From Candidatus Micrarchaeia archaeon (GTDB taxonomy: Archaea > Micrarchaeota > Micrarchaeia > Burarchaeales > JAVZCV01), in NCBI GenBank assembly GCA_038874215.1, contig JAVZCV010000015.1, positions 12,096-28,194 on the forward strand: a stretch of 16,099 nt of DNA. Direction: 5' to 3'. Positions within the stretch are counted from its first letter, which is position 1. Each line of letters begins with the position of its first letter. Positions 7,298 to 15,438 of the stretch are shown piece by piece. The position numbers were made by a program, and so were the translations under genes. The notes beneath the pieces were generated by a model. It saw nothing but the letters and a program-made list of their open reading frames with translations. It made no database searches and was not told the DNA's origin.

Positions 7298-9289
7298 TTA
7301 CCTTTGTATAACGGTGGTGAGAGCATCTGCAAGGAAGCACTCTTCAAAATACGCCTTGTCCCCCTCTGCAACAGCCTTCTTCTCATAGAAGGTGTAGAAG
7401 TTTGTCATGTTTGTAGCGCTGGTTTTCAGAATTATGACGGAGTTTTCGTTCCCATCGGTGCAGTAGTCTGGTGGGTATTCTGCTCCACTATACCTGCATG
7501 CCGATGCGTCCACGAAGGCAAGAGATGAAGATGATAGGTTTGCGATTGTGGAGGATATTCTGTTTGCACAGGCAAGCATTGATGAGGTTGTGGAAGCATC
7601 CGCTCCTCTTTGGTCTACCACTATGACTGTGTTCTTTTTAAGCGAGTGGGCGAAATCGCTTATCGTTGTTGTGCCGGATTTTCCGTGTATTATCACAAAA
7701 ACTGCTACTGATAGTATTAACAGCATTACGAAGAGTGATATGAATATGAGCGTCCAGAGAATCTTTGCAGTTCTGTGAAGGATGAGCATGCGGTTCCTCA
7801 CAAGCAGGAAGAAAGCGCCTACTGATGCAAGTATAGTGGTTCCGTCCGCGAGTATTATGAGCAGGGGTATCAGAAGTGGTGCGAGCCTTACCTCAATCCT
7901 GTGGTCAAGAGGAAGGAAGTAGAATACGTCAATTACTCCGCGGCCGACAGCGCTTAGCGCTGTTGAGAAGCTGTGCTTTTCATCTTCGTTGCTCTTCCTT
8001 TGGAGTTCGGCAGCCCTGCCCGCTATCGTATCGTATTGCACCCGAACAGCCTTAACCATGTCGGGTGGAATGGGGGAGGACAGCTGTGAATCAAGGGCTG
8101 ATTTCTGCTCGGAGAGTTCGTCAAACTTTATCTCGGCTACCACGTCGTCTTTCGGTATGTTCATAAGCGCCAAGCGGAATTCCCTGTCTGCCATAAACTT
8201 CGCTGACAGTGTGAGGTTGTACTCAGCGCTCATGTTTTCGGCCTTCTTTCTCGTATAATTAACGGCGTTTCTGAGTTCTGAAAGCCAGTAGTATGCTGCG
8301 AGAAAGTCGTTTTCATCAGTCTTGTTCTTTATGGTTGCGGTTATGTTGTATATGTATGCCATCTCTGTGTCAAAAGAAGTGTTTACCCCTCTTTTAAGCC
8401 AGTAAATTTTTCCAGCCAGCTCGTCTATTGACTCCTCTGCTTTTGATAGATTTGCGTATATGAGCGCCTTCTCCCTTCTATGCTCCATAAGAACGGTCCT
8501 CTCGTATGTCCTGTTTTCAATATTGCGTGATGTGTTCCGCACAAAAACGAGAGGGGCAAGCTTTGTGTTGAAAGTATTGACCTTGCTTGTCAGCTCTGAT
8601 AATGCTGTCGTGTTGAATTTTATGGGCCAGCAGAAGTCAAGGCAGTCCCCACAGTCCCTCCTGAAAAGCTTGTTCATCCTAATCCTTTCTGTAAGTGTGT
8701 TTATCTCCGCAATGTCCTCTTTCATAAGGCCGATGTAGAACGTTATGTTCTCGTTAACTCTTTTTAGGTTCAAAAGGAATGAGCCAACGCGCGCATCAAG
8801 CCGTGCCGTGTTGTTTCTCCACTCAAAGAGAGGTAAGAGGAGGTATTCGCCAGCCCCCATGAGATAGTCCCTGCAAAGCGGGACATGGAGGCATGCGCCA
8901 GCGCACGTCTCCCTATCATAGCACTTGTATGCCTCTGTCCCAGTGTATGACCTGCATTTTCCCTCCTCGGGCTCCCTGCTTGCGTTGAAACGCATGATTA
9001 GTTCTCGGAGCTCGTTTATATCGCTCTCTTTCGGTGCGTATGTCTCTATATAGTATTTCGTGAGTATATTCTCTATTTCGCTCGCATTTTCAACAAGAGA
9101 CATATCCGCCCTGTTTATGAGAAAAGTCTCTGTTCCGTTTATCTTCACTATTGAGAAATTTCCCATGGAGAATGAGAAGTTTGAGAATGCTACGGTTGCA
9201 TTTTCACCCTCGTATAAATAATCTGAAATGTTGAAGGCAGAGGCAACGAGGAAAAAGGAAAGCAAAGGAATGAGCGTTCGCATTTTCAA
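7298..9289 (-). CDS. Hypothetical large cell-surface membrane protein (signal peptide, Cys-rich and helical ectodomain, 2 TM, C-terminal 4-Cys domain)
   Basis: 663-aa ORF with signal peptide MRTLIPLLSFFLVASA, about 21 N-x-S/T sequons and two long hydrophobic segments separated by basic RNRMLILHRTAK. GGTGA RBS precedes TTG 9289 (ATG 9283 is an alternative). Confidence 0.85.
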   Translation of the reverse strand: MKMRTLIPLLSFFLVASAFNISDYLYEGENATVAFSNFSFSMGNFSIVKINGTETFLINRADMSLVENASEIENILTKYYIETYAPKESDINELRELIMRFNASREPEEGKCRSYTGTEAYKCYDRETCAGACLHVPLCRDYLMGAGEYLLLPLFEWRNNTARLDARVGSFLLNLKRVNENITFYIGLMKEDIAEINTLTERIRMNKLFRRDCGDCLDFCWPIKFNTTALSELTSKVNTFNTKLAPLVFVRNTSRNIENRTYERTVLMEHRREKALIYANLSKAEESIDELAGKIYWLKRGVNTSFDTEMAYIYNITATIKNKTDENDFLAAYYWLSELRNAVNYTRKKAENMSAEYNLTLSAKFMADREFRLALMNIPKDDVVAEIKFDELSEQKSALDSQLSSPIPPDMVKAVRVQYDTIAGRAAELQRKSNEDEKHSFSTALSAVGRGVIDVFYFLPLDHRIEVRLAPLLIPLLIILADGTTILASVGAFFLLVRNRMLILHRTAKILWTLIFISLFVMLLILSVAVFVIIHGKSGTTTISDFAHSLKKNTVIVVDQRGADASTTSSMLACANRISSTIANLSSSSLAFVDASACRYSGAEYPPDYCTDGNENSVIILKTSATNMTNFYTFYEKKAVAEGDKAYFEECFLADALTTVIQR

Positions 9290-9316
9290 CTGGTCACCGA
9301 TTGCTTTTCGCTCAGG

Positions 9317-9330
9317 AAATTTATAAATTT
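9317..9330 (-). promoter_or_regulatory. Putative TATA box (TTTATAAA within palindrome AAATTTATAAATTT) for the 9289 gene
   Basis: Consensus archaeal TATA about 30 nt upstream of the start and just beyond the S-layer terminator. Confidence 0.6.
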
Positions 9331-9349
9331 TTCCAGAAAGAGAGCACAG

Positions 9350-9381
9350 AAAAATAAAAGAAGGGAGGGGGTTTTACCCCC
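9350..9381 (-). terminator. Putative terminator of S-layer gene
   Basis: On the - strand, just after the TAG stop: hairpin GGGGGT-AAA-ACCCCC followed by TCCCTTCTTTTATTTTT. Confidence 0.7.
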
Positions 9382-9388
9382 AAGGGCT

Positions 9389-11902
9389 CTACGCAGGTCT
9401 TGCAGCTGCGAGCGCCTCTATGAATTGGTTCGCTGCAGTGATTGTGTCCTGCGCAGTCAGACCAGCAACTATTATCTTGTTGCCAGTCTCCCTCACGACA
9501 ACGCGCTCCGTGTTGAAGTCTATTGGCGTGCTCATCGCAGCAATAGCCTGCTTGGTGACCTCGTTTACCTCGGGACCACCAACAGCTATTATCGTCGCTG
9601 TCGTACCCAGCGCCTGCGAGTCAAGCAACACCAGCGGGTCTGTCTTGGTGTTGAGTGGTGTTATCACGGTCGCTTTTGTCACTGAGGGCACAGCACTAAC
9701 GGGCGACATGTCAACGCTGCACGTTGCCTGACCACCCGTTGCAGTGCAAGCTCCCACGGTCTCAGAAATCTGGACAGCCTGTATCACAACGCCGCCAGAG
9801 AGCGTTGAGGAAGTCTCACCCTCTGCGAGCGTTATGATAACGCTCTCGCCGACTGCCTGGCCCGTGGACTTCACATAGTACTGCGCCTCTGCAACCTTCT
9901 TTGCCATCTTGAAGGATGCGCTATCTGTGTCAACTGCAACGAACACAGAGCCGCGCTCGGAGATGTGCCCCTCTGCAACGAGCTCCGTTGTCGGGGCGTT
10001 ATCTGCGTTGCCCGTATCCGTGTAGTATATCTCAGTGGTGCTGTTGAAGCGGTATGTTAGCAGGGTCTTGTTTGTCATGTGCAGCATGTAGTAATCATAC
10101 TGGTTGTTTCCTGCATCCTCTCTGAATGTTACGTTCACAGAGATGACGTGGTTAGTCAAGCCGCGTTCTATTGTCAGTGGTTGGTCTCCGTCTCCTGGGT
10201 CATAAGTTATCCCGCTTGCTGATACGTTGTAGTAGCAGGCCGTCTCTCCTGCAGGCTGGTAATAAACTCTGCCTCTTTGGAGGTCGTAGAAGAATGTGCT
10301 TGTCGGATAGCCGTTCACTGTGAAGGCTTCCTTCTGCCCTGACTTTATGTGCAAAAGCTCTGGGTTGGAGAGTGTTGTCGTGTTGCTGCAGTCTGTTCCT
10401 GCTGGTGACAAGGACTGCGATATCACGAGGCTTGTAGGTCTTACTATCACAAGGCTGACTGAATCATAGTCGGAGTCGGATAGTGTGAGGCCATCATACT
10501 GCAACTGCCATACAGATGGGTTTGACACTATGTTGAATGTATCTCCCTTCTGCAGGTTTAGCAGTGCATTCTCAGTAGCCTCGTTCCTTATCAATATCGC
10601 CTTCAGGCAGTCTGGAGATGGGTCGTTGTTTGTTGTTGAGTAGTCCTTGTTCTTCCAGTAGAGCACGACATCCCAGTCCTCGTTGTCGTCGTTCAGCTCA
10701 TCGCCGCTTATGAGCTCTATCTCCTGCGAGTATACAGCCATCTCTGCCCACTTCGCCTGCAATGTATAACCAGGGTTGGTCTTGTAGACGCGTATTCTCA
10801 CTTTCGTTCCGTCTGGTGCGTTCCACGTGTATGTTGAAGATGGTGCTATCTGGTCCTCCTTCAACAGAACGCCGTTCACGTCGTATATCTCAATTGATGC
10901 GTATGCCTGCTCATCTGCTGTCAATGGAACTGTAATGTCGGCGAGTTTTATCGTGTATGCTCCTGCCGTCAGGTTTTCTCCAATGTGGACTATTCCATAC
11001 GCAGACTCCTTAGCGAGCTTTATTGAACCGCCCGTGATGTTTGCTGTGCTTGAAGAAAGGTTCTCAGATGGCGGTGTCATCTCGCTTATAATCCACTTGC
11101 TCCCAAGGAAGTCAATCTGGACTCTGTGCCTGTCGGTCCTGTCTGTGTCGGTTGCGCAGTCAGTCCAGTCTCCCTTTGAGCCGTCGCTTCCTGAGCTTGT
11201 GTCCCTTGATGTGCATACAGGGATACCGTACTGGTCATGTGTGAACTCAATCCTGTACGCCGCATAAGGTGCTGTCGCAACAACCTGCTTCAGGGAGCTT
11301 TCGTACTTCGTTTGGGCAGTAACCCAAAGCTGCTGCTCCTCTGTGTATGCAGTTGATGCATAGCTGTCCCTTACTGTTGATGTTGCAAGGGGCGCAAACT
11401 CAGAGCCCGTTATCTTCTTTATTGCCTGTGTTGTTGTGAAAATCTCTGGGTCGTTCGTTGCGTTATACACGTCGTCGCTGTCTGTGTTGTTCCTGTTTTG
11501 CAGTTTCTTGTCCACCCAATCCGTAATCAAGGTCTTAAATCCGGTCGCTCCTGTCACAGTGCCCGGAATCGTTACGTTCAGAGTAACTTTTTCATTGCTG
11601 ACCGGGCACGTTCCCGCACCTGCACCACCGCCTGTGACGGAACACGTGGCTGTACCCTGCACCTCTGCGGTGATCGTCCTCTGCGTATAAGCGAGGTTTC
11701 CGATCATCGCAGCGATGTTCGCTGCAGCCACACCGTCTGATGCAGCGGCCTTTGCGCCAACTGCAATCTTAACCACTGGCACGCCGTTCTGGTTGATTAT
11801 CTGGGTGTTTCCGTACGTCACGTCTGCCGCGACAACGGATGCGCCCAGAAGCGCTGCGCCAGCAGCCAAGGCGGCGATTTTGGTCACGTTCAATCCTTTC
11901 AC
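9389..11902 (-). CDS. S-layer (cell surface glyco)protein, Methanococcales/Thermococcales S_layer_N/S_layer_C type
   Basis: Signal KIAALAAGAALLGAS; N-terminal motif KIAVGAKAAASDGVAAANIAAMIG; C-terminal motifs IIAVGGPEVNEVT and IIVAGLTAQDT..AA; Thr/Asp/Asn-rich with many sequons; strong RBS, own promoter and terminator. Confidence 0.9.
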   Translation of the reverse strand: MKGLNVTKIAALAAGAALLGASVVAADVTYGNTQIINQNGVPVVKIAVGAKAAASDGVAAANIAAMIGNLAYTQRTITAEVQGTATCSVTGGGAGAGTCPVSNEKVTLNVTIPGTVTGATGFKTLITDWVDKKLQNRNNTDSDDVYNATNDPEIFTTTQAIKKITGSEFAPLATSTVRDSYASTAYTEEQQLWVTAQTKYESSLKQVVATAPYAAYRIEFTHDQYGIPVCTSRDTSSGSDGSKGDWTDCATDTDRTDRHRVQIDFLGSKWIISEMTPPSENLSSSTANITGGSIKLAKESAYGIVHIGENLTAGAYTIKLADITVPLTADEQAYASIEIYDVNGVLLKEDQIAPSSTYTWNAPDGTKVRIRVYKTNPGYTLQAKWAEMAVYSQEIELISGDELNDDNEDWDVVLYWKNKDYSTTNNDPSPDCLKAILIRNEATENALLNLQKGDTFNIVSNPSVWQLQYDGLTLSDSDYDSVSLVIVRPTSLVISQSLSPAGTDCSNTTTLSNPELLHIKSGQKEAFTVNGYPTSTFFYDLQRGRVYYQPAGETACYYNVSASGITYDPGDGDQPLTIERGLTNHVISVNVTFREDAGNNQYDYYMLHMTNKTLLTYRFNSTTEIYYTDTGNADNAPTTELVAEGHISERGSVFVAVDTDSASFKMAKKVAEAQYYVKSTGQAVGESVIITLAEGETSSTLSGGVVIQAVQISETVGACTATGGQATCSVDMSPVSAVPSVTKATVITPLNTKTDPLVLLDSQALGTTATIIAVGGPEVNEVTKQAIAAMSTPIDFNTERVVVRETGNKIIVAGLTAQDTITAANQFIEALAAARPA

Positions 11903-11913
11903 TTCACCACCTC
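11903..11913 (-). promoter_or_regulatory. Ribosome-binding site of S-layer gene
   Basis: GAGGTGGTGAA immediately before the GTG start. Confidence 0.75.
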
Positions 11914-11918
11914 GGTGT

Positions 11919-12003
11919 TTGTCGCCTTAAGGGCCTATTAAAAGAATTATCGGCGACAATATTTACAGGCCCACAACCCCTGAGACATCATACTCTCAGG
12001 GGT
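11919..12003 (-). promoter_or_regulatory. Structured 5' leader of S-layer mRNA (10-bp hairpin plus two interleaved 8-bp helices)
   Basis: 11976-11985 pairs with 11994-12003 (perfect 10 bp). 11965-11972 pairs with 11931-11938 (8 bp, one G-U on the - strand). 11952-11959 pairs with 11919-11926 (perfect 8 bp). Confidence 0.65.
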
Positions 12004-12027
12004 ACGTAGGGTTTGAAATTTGAAAGA

Positions 12028-12043
12028 TATTTAAATTTTATCC
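12028..12043 (-). promoter_or_regulatory. Putative BRE/TATA promoter of S-layer gene
   Basis: The - strand reads GGATAAAA-TTTAAATA. Standard spacing predicts a start near 12003-12006, at the base of the 5' hairpin. Confidence 0.6.
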
Positions 12044-12054
12044 ATGAATATAAA

Positions 12055-12074
12055 CTGCAATTTATAAATTGTAG
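12055..12074. promoter_or_regulatory. Palindrome CTGCAATTTATAAATTGTAG (perfect 14-bp core) in divergent intergenic region; TATA box and/or operator
   Basis: CAATTTATAAATTG (12058-12071) is its own reverse complement, and 18 of 20 positions are symmetric overall. Confidence 0.45.
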
Positions 12075-12160
12075 AATAAATTTCGTTGATTGACGAACTG
12101 GCATTTGCATATTTAAACTACATTACTACATTAAAATATAGTAGAAATATAAACAGGAGC

Positions 12161-12601
12161 ATGAAGGCTCAGAGCGTAGCAATTGAAATGAGCTGGCTTT
12201 ACCTGTTCGTATTCCTTTTTCTTGTGTTTGTTGGCAGTTATCTAATTGCAAGGCACAATACGTGGATTGAGTTTGAGTTGCTTTATGGCAATAGAACGGT
12301 CGTTAATGGTTTTGTGCAATCATTTATACCGTGCGAGAAAAACGAAAGCATAGGAGTTTATGTGATAAACACGACGGCTACATATGTCTGGGTTTTTGTT
12401 CCTTTATCCACAAACATGAACAAAGGGGATAGTGTCCGTATTTCTTGTTATAACATCAGTGGTGGGGACATGAGGATGCTCGCTAATAGCATAATAAAAA
12501 ACGAATGCGAGCCGAGCAGGGATTATTGCTATGCTGTATTCATAGCTGATGAAACAAGTAGTCATGAATTTGAGGTAGAACCTTGGCAGAGGAGAGGGTG
12601 A
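12161..12601 (+). CDS. Hypothetical membrane-anchored/secreted protein with class III (pilin-like) signal-like N-terminus, 146 aa
   Basis: ATG 12161 (preferred over the track's 12086) gives MKAQSVAIEMSWLYLFVFLFLVFVGSYLIA; 4 Cys; sequons NRT, NES, NTT, NIS. Confidence 0.7.
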   Translation: MKAQSVAIEMSWLYLFVFLFLVFVGSYLIARHNTWIEFELLYGNRTVVNGFVQSFIPCEKNESIGVYVINTTATYVWVFVPLSTNMNKGDSVRISCYNISGGDMRMLANSIIKNECEPSRDYCYAVFIADETSSHEFEVEPWQRRG

Positions 12602-15307
12602 TTATTTCCGCTCCCCGTATTCTTTGAGAAAGCTCATGTACTCGTTCAGTTGCTCTAAGGTGACTGATGGCTTTCGCTTGCTTAAAATCGTCTCAAAGTC
12701 TTCCATTGTCAGTTTAACATCTTTCGTCTTTTCTCTCAGCCGCTTTTTAACGAGGAGTAGTTTTGCATCGTGGCATACTGCTGCTATGTCTGCGCCAGTG
12801 AATCCCTCTGTTTCCATGGCAAGCGCCCGTAAATCAACCCTTTCAAGCGGTATCCCTTCAAGGTTTATTGCGAATATCCTCTTTCTAACCTCCTCTGATG
12901 GTGGCGGTATGAATATTATTTTATCAAACCTGCCAGGGCGGAGAAGGGCTTTGTCAAGCATGCTCGGCTTGTTCGTCGCACCTATCAATACGACGTTTTT
13001 AAGCTCCCTCACCCCATCAAGCTCTGTCAGCAGTTGGCCGACTATATTGTCTATAACTGGCGAGGAATACATCTCCCTGCTTGGCGCAAGCGCCTCTATC
13101 TCGTCCATGAATATCACTGCGGGCGCATTCTCGCGTGCCCTGTTGAACGTCTCTTTCAAAACCTCAACAGCGCCCTCGTAGCCTTTTTTAAGCAACTCCG
13201 CACCGCTTACATAGATGAAAGTGGCTTTGAGCTCGTTCGCCGCAGCCTTCACTATGAGCGTTTTTCCGCATCCTGGCGGACCGAAAAGCAGAATTCCCTT
13301 CGGCGGCTTCACCTTATACTCTTTTACCAAATCCTCATGAAGGAGCGGTATCTCTATCGCATCAAGCAGCATCGCCCTAACTTCGTCAAGGCCTGCGACG
13401 TCTTTCCAGCCGACCTTCTCCTCCTTTTCCTCGGCTTTTTCCTCAAGCATTCCTACACGGCGCTCAAAATCAAGCTTGAACTTCTCGTAGTCTTCAAGCA
13501 TTGAGAGCGAAACACTCGGTTTTATGCTATTGATTATTCTTGTGAAATGGGCCATTCTCACTGGCACGACTGCATTCTCGCTTATCGCTTCTTTAGCCGC
13601 AAGCCTCGCCGCCTCCGTGCATATGTTCTTTATGTCTGCGCCAGAAAACCGATCCGTCATTTCTGCGAGTTTTTCAAAATCAACATCATCCGCAATGGGT
13701 ATCTGCCTCGTATGAACTTTGAATATGCTCTTTCTTGCTTCCTTGTCTGGGAGGGGCATGTATATTATCTTGTCAAACCTCCCAGGGCGCATCAGTGCAG
13801 GGTCTATCTGCCTTGGGATATTCGTAGCGCCAATTATTATGACGTCTTTTTCGCTTTTGAATCCATCAAGCTCCATTAGAAGTATGCTGAGCAGACGCGG
13901 GCCTATATCGTCTGCGCTGTATGCGTCCCTTCGCTTTCCTATCGCATCTATCTCATCAAAGAAGAGAACGCAGGGCGCGTTTTTTCTCGCAACCTCAAAA
14001 AGCTTCACTATGTTCCTCTCGCTCTCCCCATACCATTCCGAGAGAAGGTCGCTACATTTGACATAGTAAAAGCCGATATCAAGCGTCTTTGCGAGCGCTC
14101 TCATAATTAGCGTTTTTCCTGTTCCGGGAGGACCGAAAAGTAGAATGCCGCGCGGAGGCTTTATTCCGTATGCAACAGTAAGCTCTTTCCTCTGCAAAGG
14201 CCAGACTATCGTCTCAATCAGCTCTCGCTTCACATCCTCGTATCCCCCTATATCCTCAAGCTTTTCTGCAACTGGCGAAAGGCTTAGGTCAACTACTGCA
14301 AGCCTTCCAAACCTCTCCTGCTTCTCCAGCTTCGTTACCTGTATCTCCCTGCTTATGTCTATCCCCCTGAACTCAAGGACTGCGAGAAAAGCGAGCGTAA
14401 AGACAATGTAGGAAACGAGGAAAGCCGCCTCAATCATCGTGCTTGTCCCGATGTTGCCATACGAGATCATGGAGGCGATGAAGAAGCCCGGCAGGATGAG
14501 AAAGAGGGAGAGCGCCGATATGGTGTTGTGGTATTTTCTCTTTATAGCGCCCGAGAGAAGAGAAATGAGAAAAACAGCTGATGTCCAGAAAAATAAGCTA
14601 ACCACTATTGAATCCCTTATTATCAACTCAGTACTGTATCCGAGCACATTGCTAAACGCTGTTCCCACTTTTGACATGTGCTCCCAGCTTGTTATATTCG
14701 CAATTGAAACCACAAATTCTTCTATGAAATTTATTCCAGAGGGAGGCGGGCGGTTAACTGAGAGCGCATTTGCAGGCGTATATAACTTCACGGGAATGAA
14801 AGCGGTGTTGCCCGTTCCCCAGAGTGCGGAGAAAAGCGCTATGAGGAAAATGGAGGGCATGGTTAGAAAAACGCTTTTTTTTGAACCAAGGAGAAGCGAT
14901 GAGACTGCAAGAAGCGGGATTATGACGCCACCTATCGGAGAAAAAGGGGCGAGAACAACTATAAGGAGAGTTGAGATTATGTGCCATGCAGTGAAAGCCT
15001 TGAACATTGCGATTGAAAGCACAAGGACGAAAACCCATGCGAGAACGGGCGACTGGTATGCAACTGCGGGCAACACTATGAACAGCGATAGTATCGTTCC
15101 GAGAGGTGCATACCTGTATGCGATTGCACCCACGAGAAGAACGAGTGGAACCATCGCCCATATAGGGTAAAACTGAAATTTCAGGAGGGCAAACAGGCAG
15201 CTGAAGGCGACAAGAAGAGCGTTCGCAAGGCTTGGGTTGTGCTCAAGCTCACGCAGTATTGCGATCAACTTCTCGTGCATAAGGGATTTCCTAACAGCGG
15301 TGCCCAT
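12602..15307 (-). CDS. Membrane-bound tandem AAA+ ATPase (Cdc48/p97-like modules with polytopic N-terminal membrane domain)
   Basis: D1: [28 protein letters not shown]2: [27 protein letters not shown]. About 10 hydrophobic segments in the first ~315 aa. Start is ATG 15307 or 15280. Confidence 0.92.
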   Translation of the reverse strand: MGTAVRKSLMHEKLIAILRELEHNPSLANALLVAFSCLFALLKFQFYPIWAMVPLVLLVGAIAYRYAPLGTILSLFIVLPAVAYQSPVLAWVFVLVLSIAMFKAFTAWHIISTLLIVVLAPFSPIGGVIIPLLAVSSLLLGSKKSVFLTMPSIFLIALFSALWGTGNTAFIPVKLYTPANALSVNRPPPSGINFIEEFVVSIANITSWEHMSKVGTAFSNVLGYSTELIIRDSIVVSLFFWTSAVFLISLLSGAIKRKYHNTISALSLFLILPGFFIASMISYGNIGTSTMIEAAFLVSYIVFTLAFLAVLEFRGIDISREIQVTKLEKQERFGRLAVVDLSLSPVAEKLEDIGGYEDVKRELIETIVWPLQRKELTVAYGIKPPRGILLFGPPGTGKTLIMRALAKTLDIGFYYVKCSDLLSEWYGESERNIVKLFEVARKNAPCVLFFDEIDAIGKRRDAYSADDIGPRLLSILLMELDGFKSEKDVIIIGATNIPRQIDPALMRPGRFDKIIYMPLPDKEARKSIFKVHTRQIPIADDVDFEKLAEMTDRFSGADIKNICTEAARLAAKEAISENAVVPVRMAHFTRIINSIKPSVSLSMLEDYEKFKLDFERRVGMLEEKAEEKEEKVGWKDVAGLDEVRAMLLDAIEIPLLHEDLVKEYKVKPPKGILLFGPPGCGKTLIVKAAANELKATFIYVSGAELLKKGYEGAVEVLKETFNRARENAPAVIFMDEIEALAPSREMYSSPVIDNIVGQLLTELDGVRELKNVVLIGATNKPSMLDKALLRPGRFDKIIFIPPPSEEVRKRIFAINLEGIPLERVDLRALAMETEGFTGADIAAVCHDAKLLLVKKRLREKTKDVKLTMEDFETILSKRKPSVTLEQLNEYMSFLKEYGERK

Positions 15308-15396
15308 CGAACATATTTCATCACATCTAATTTAATATTCTTCTTTTTTTACTCCGCCTGCGCATTTTTGGAGTTGGACACATGACGGATAAATGG

Positions 15397-15434
15397 TTAT
15401 AAATAAAAAAAGAGTAATGAATACAGGGGGGTGG
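15397..15434 (+). promoter_or_regulatory. Putative TATA box (TTATAAAT) and RBS (GGGGGTGG) for the 15439 ORF
   Basis: TTATAAAT at 15397-15404 and a G-rich SD-like tract ending 4 nt before ATG 15439. Confidence 0.5.
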
Positions 15435-15438
15435 TTTT

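Noticed and set aside
7294-7386. N-terminal extension of the 187-aa ORF
   Set aside because: It overlaps the upstream gene's conserved C-terminal domain; ATG 7293 is the more plausible start.
8600-8960. Cys cluster as heme-c or ferredoxin motif
   Set aside because: There is no CxxCH or CxxCxxCxxxC pattern, and the domain is predicted extracellular, so disulfides are more likely.
11919-11972. HDV-like/theta ribozyme or known riboswitch
   Set aside because: The helix order resembles P1/P2, but there is no convincing P3/P1.1, and the last linker (UUAA) lacks the catalytic C. No known aptamer consensus was recognised.
406-15170. Numerous antisense and alternate-frame ORFs in the track (e.g. 3131-3874 -, 6182-6796 +, 14439-15170 +)
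   Set aside because: They are shadows of well-supported genes, with Ser/Phe/Leu-rich or otherwise non-protein-like composition and no motifs.
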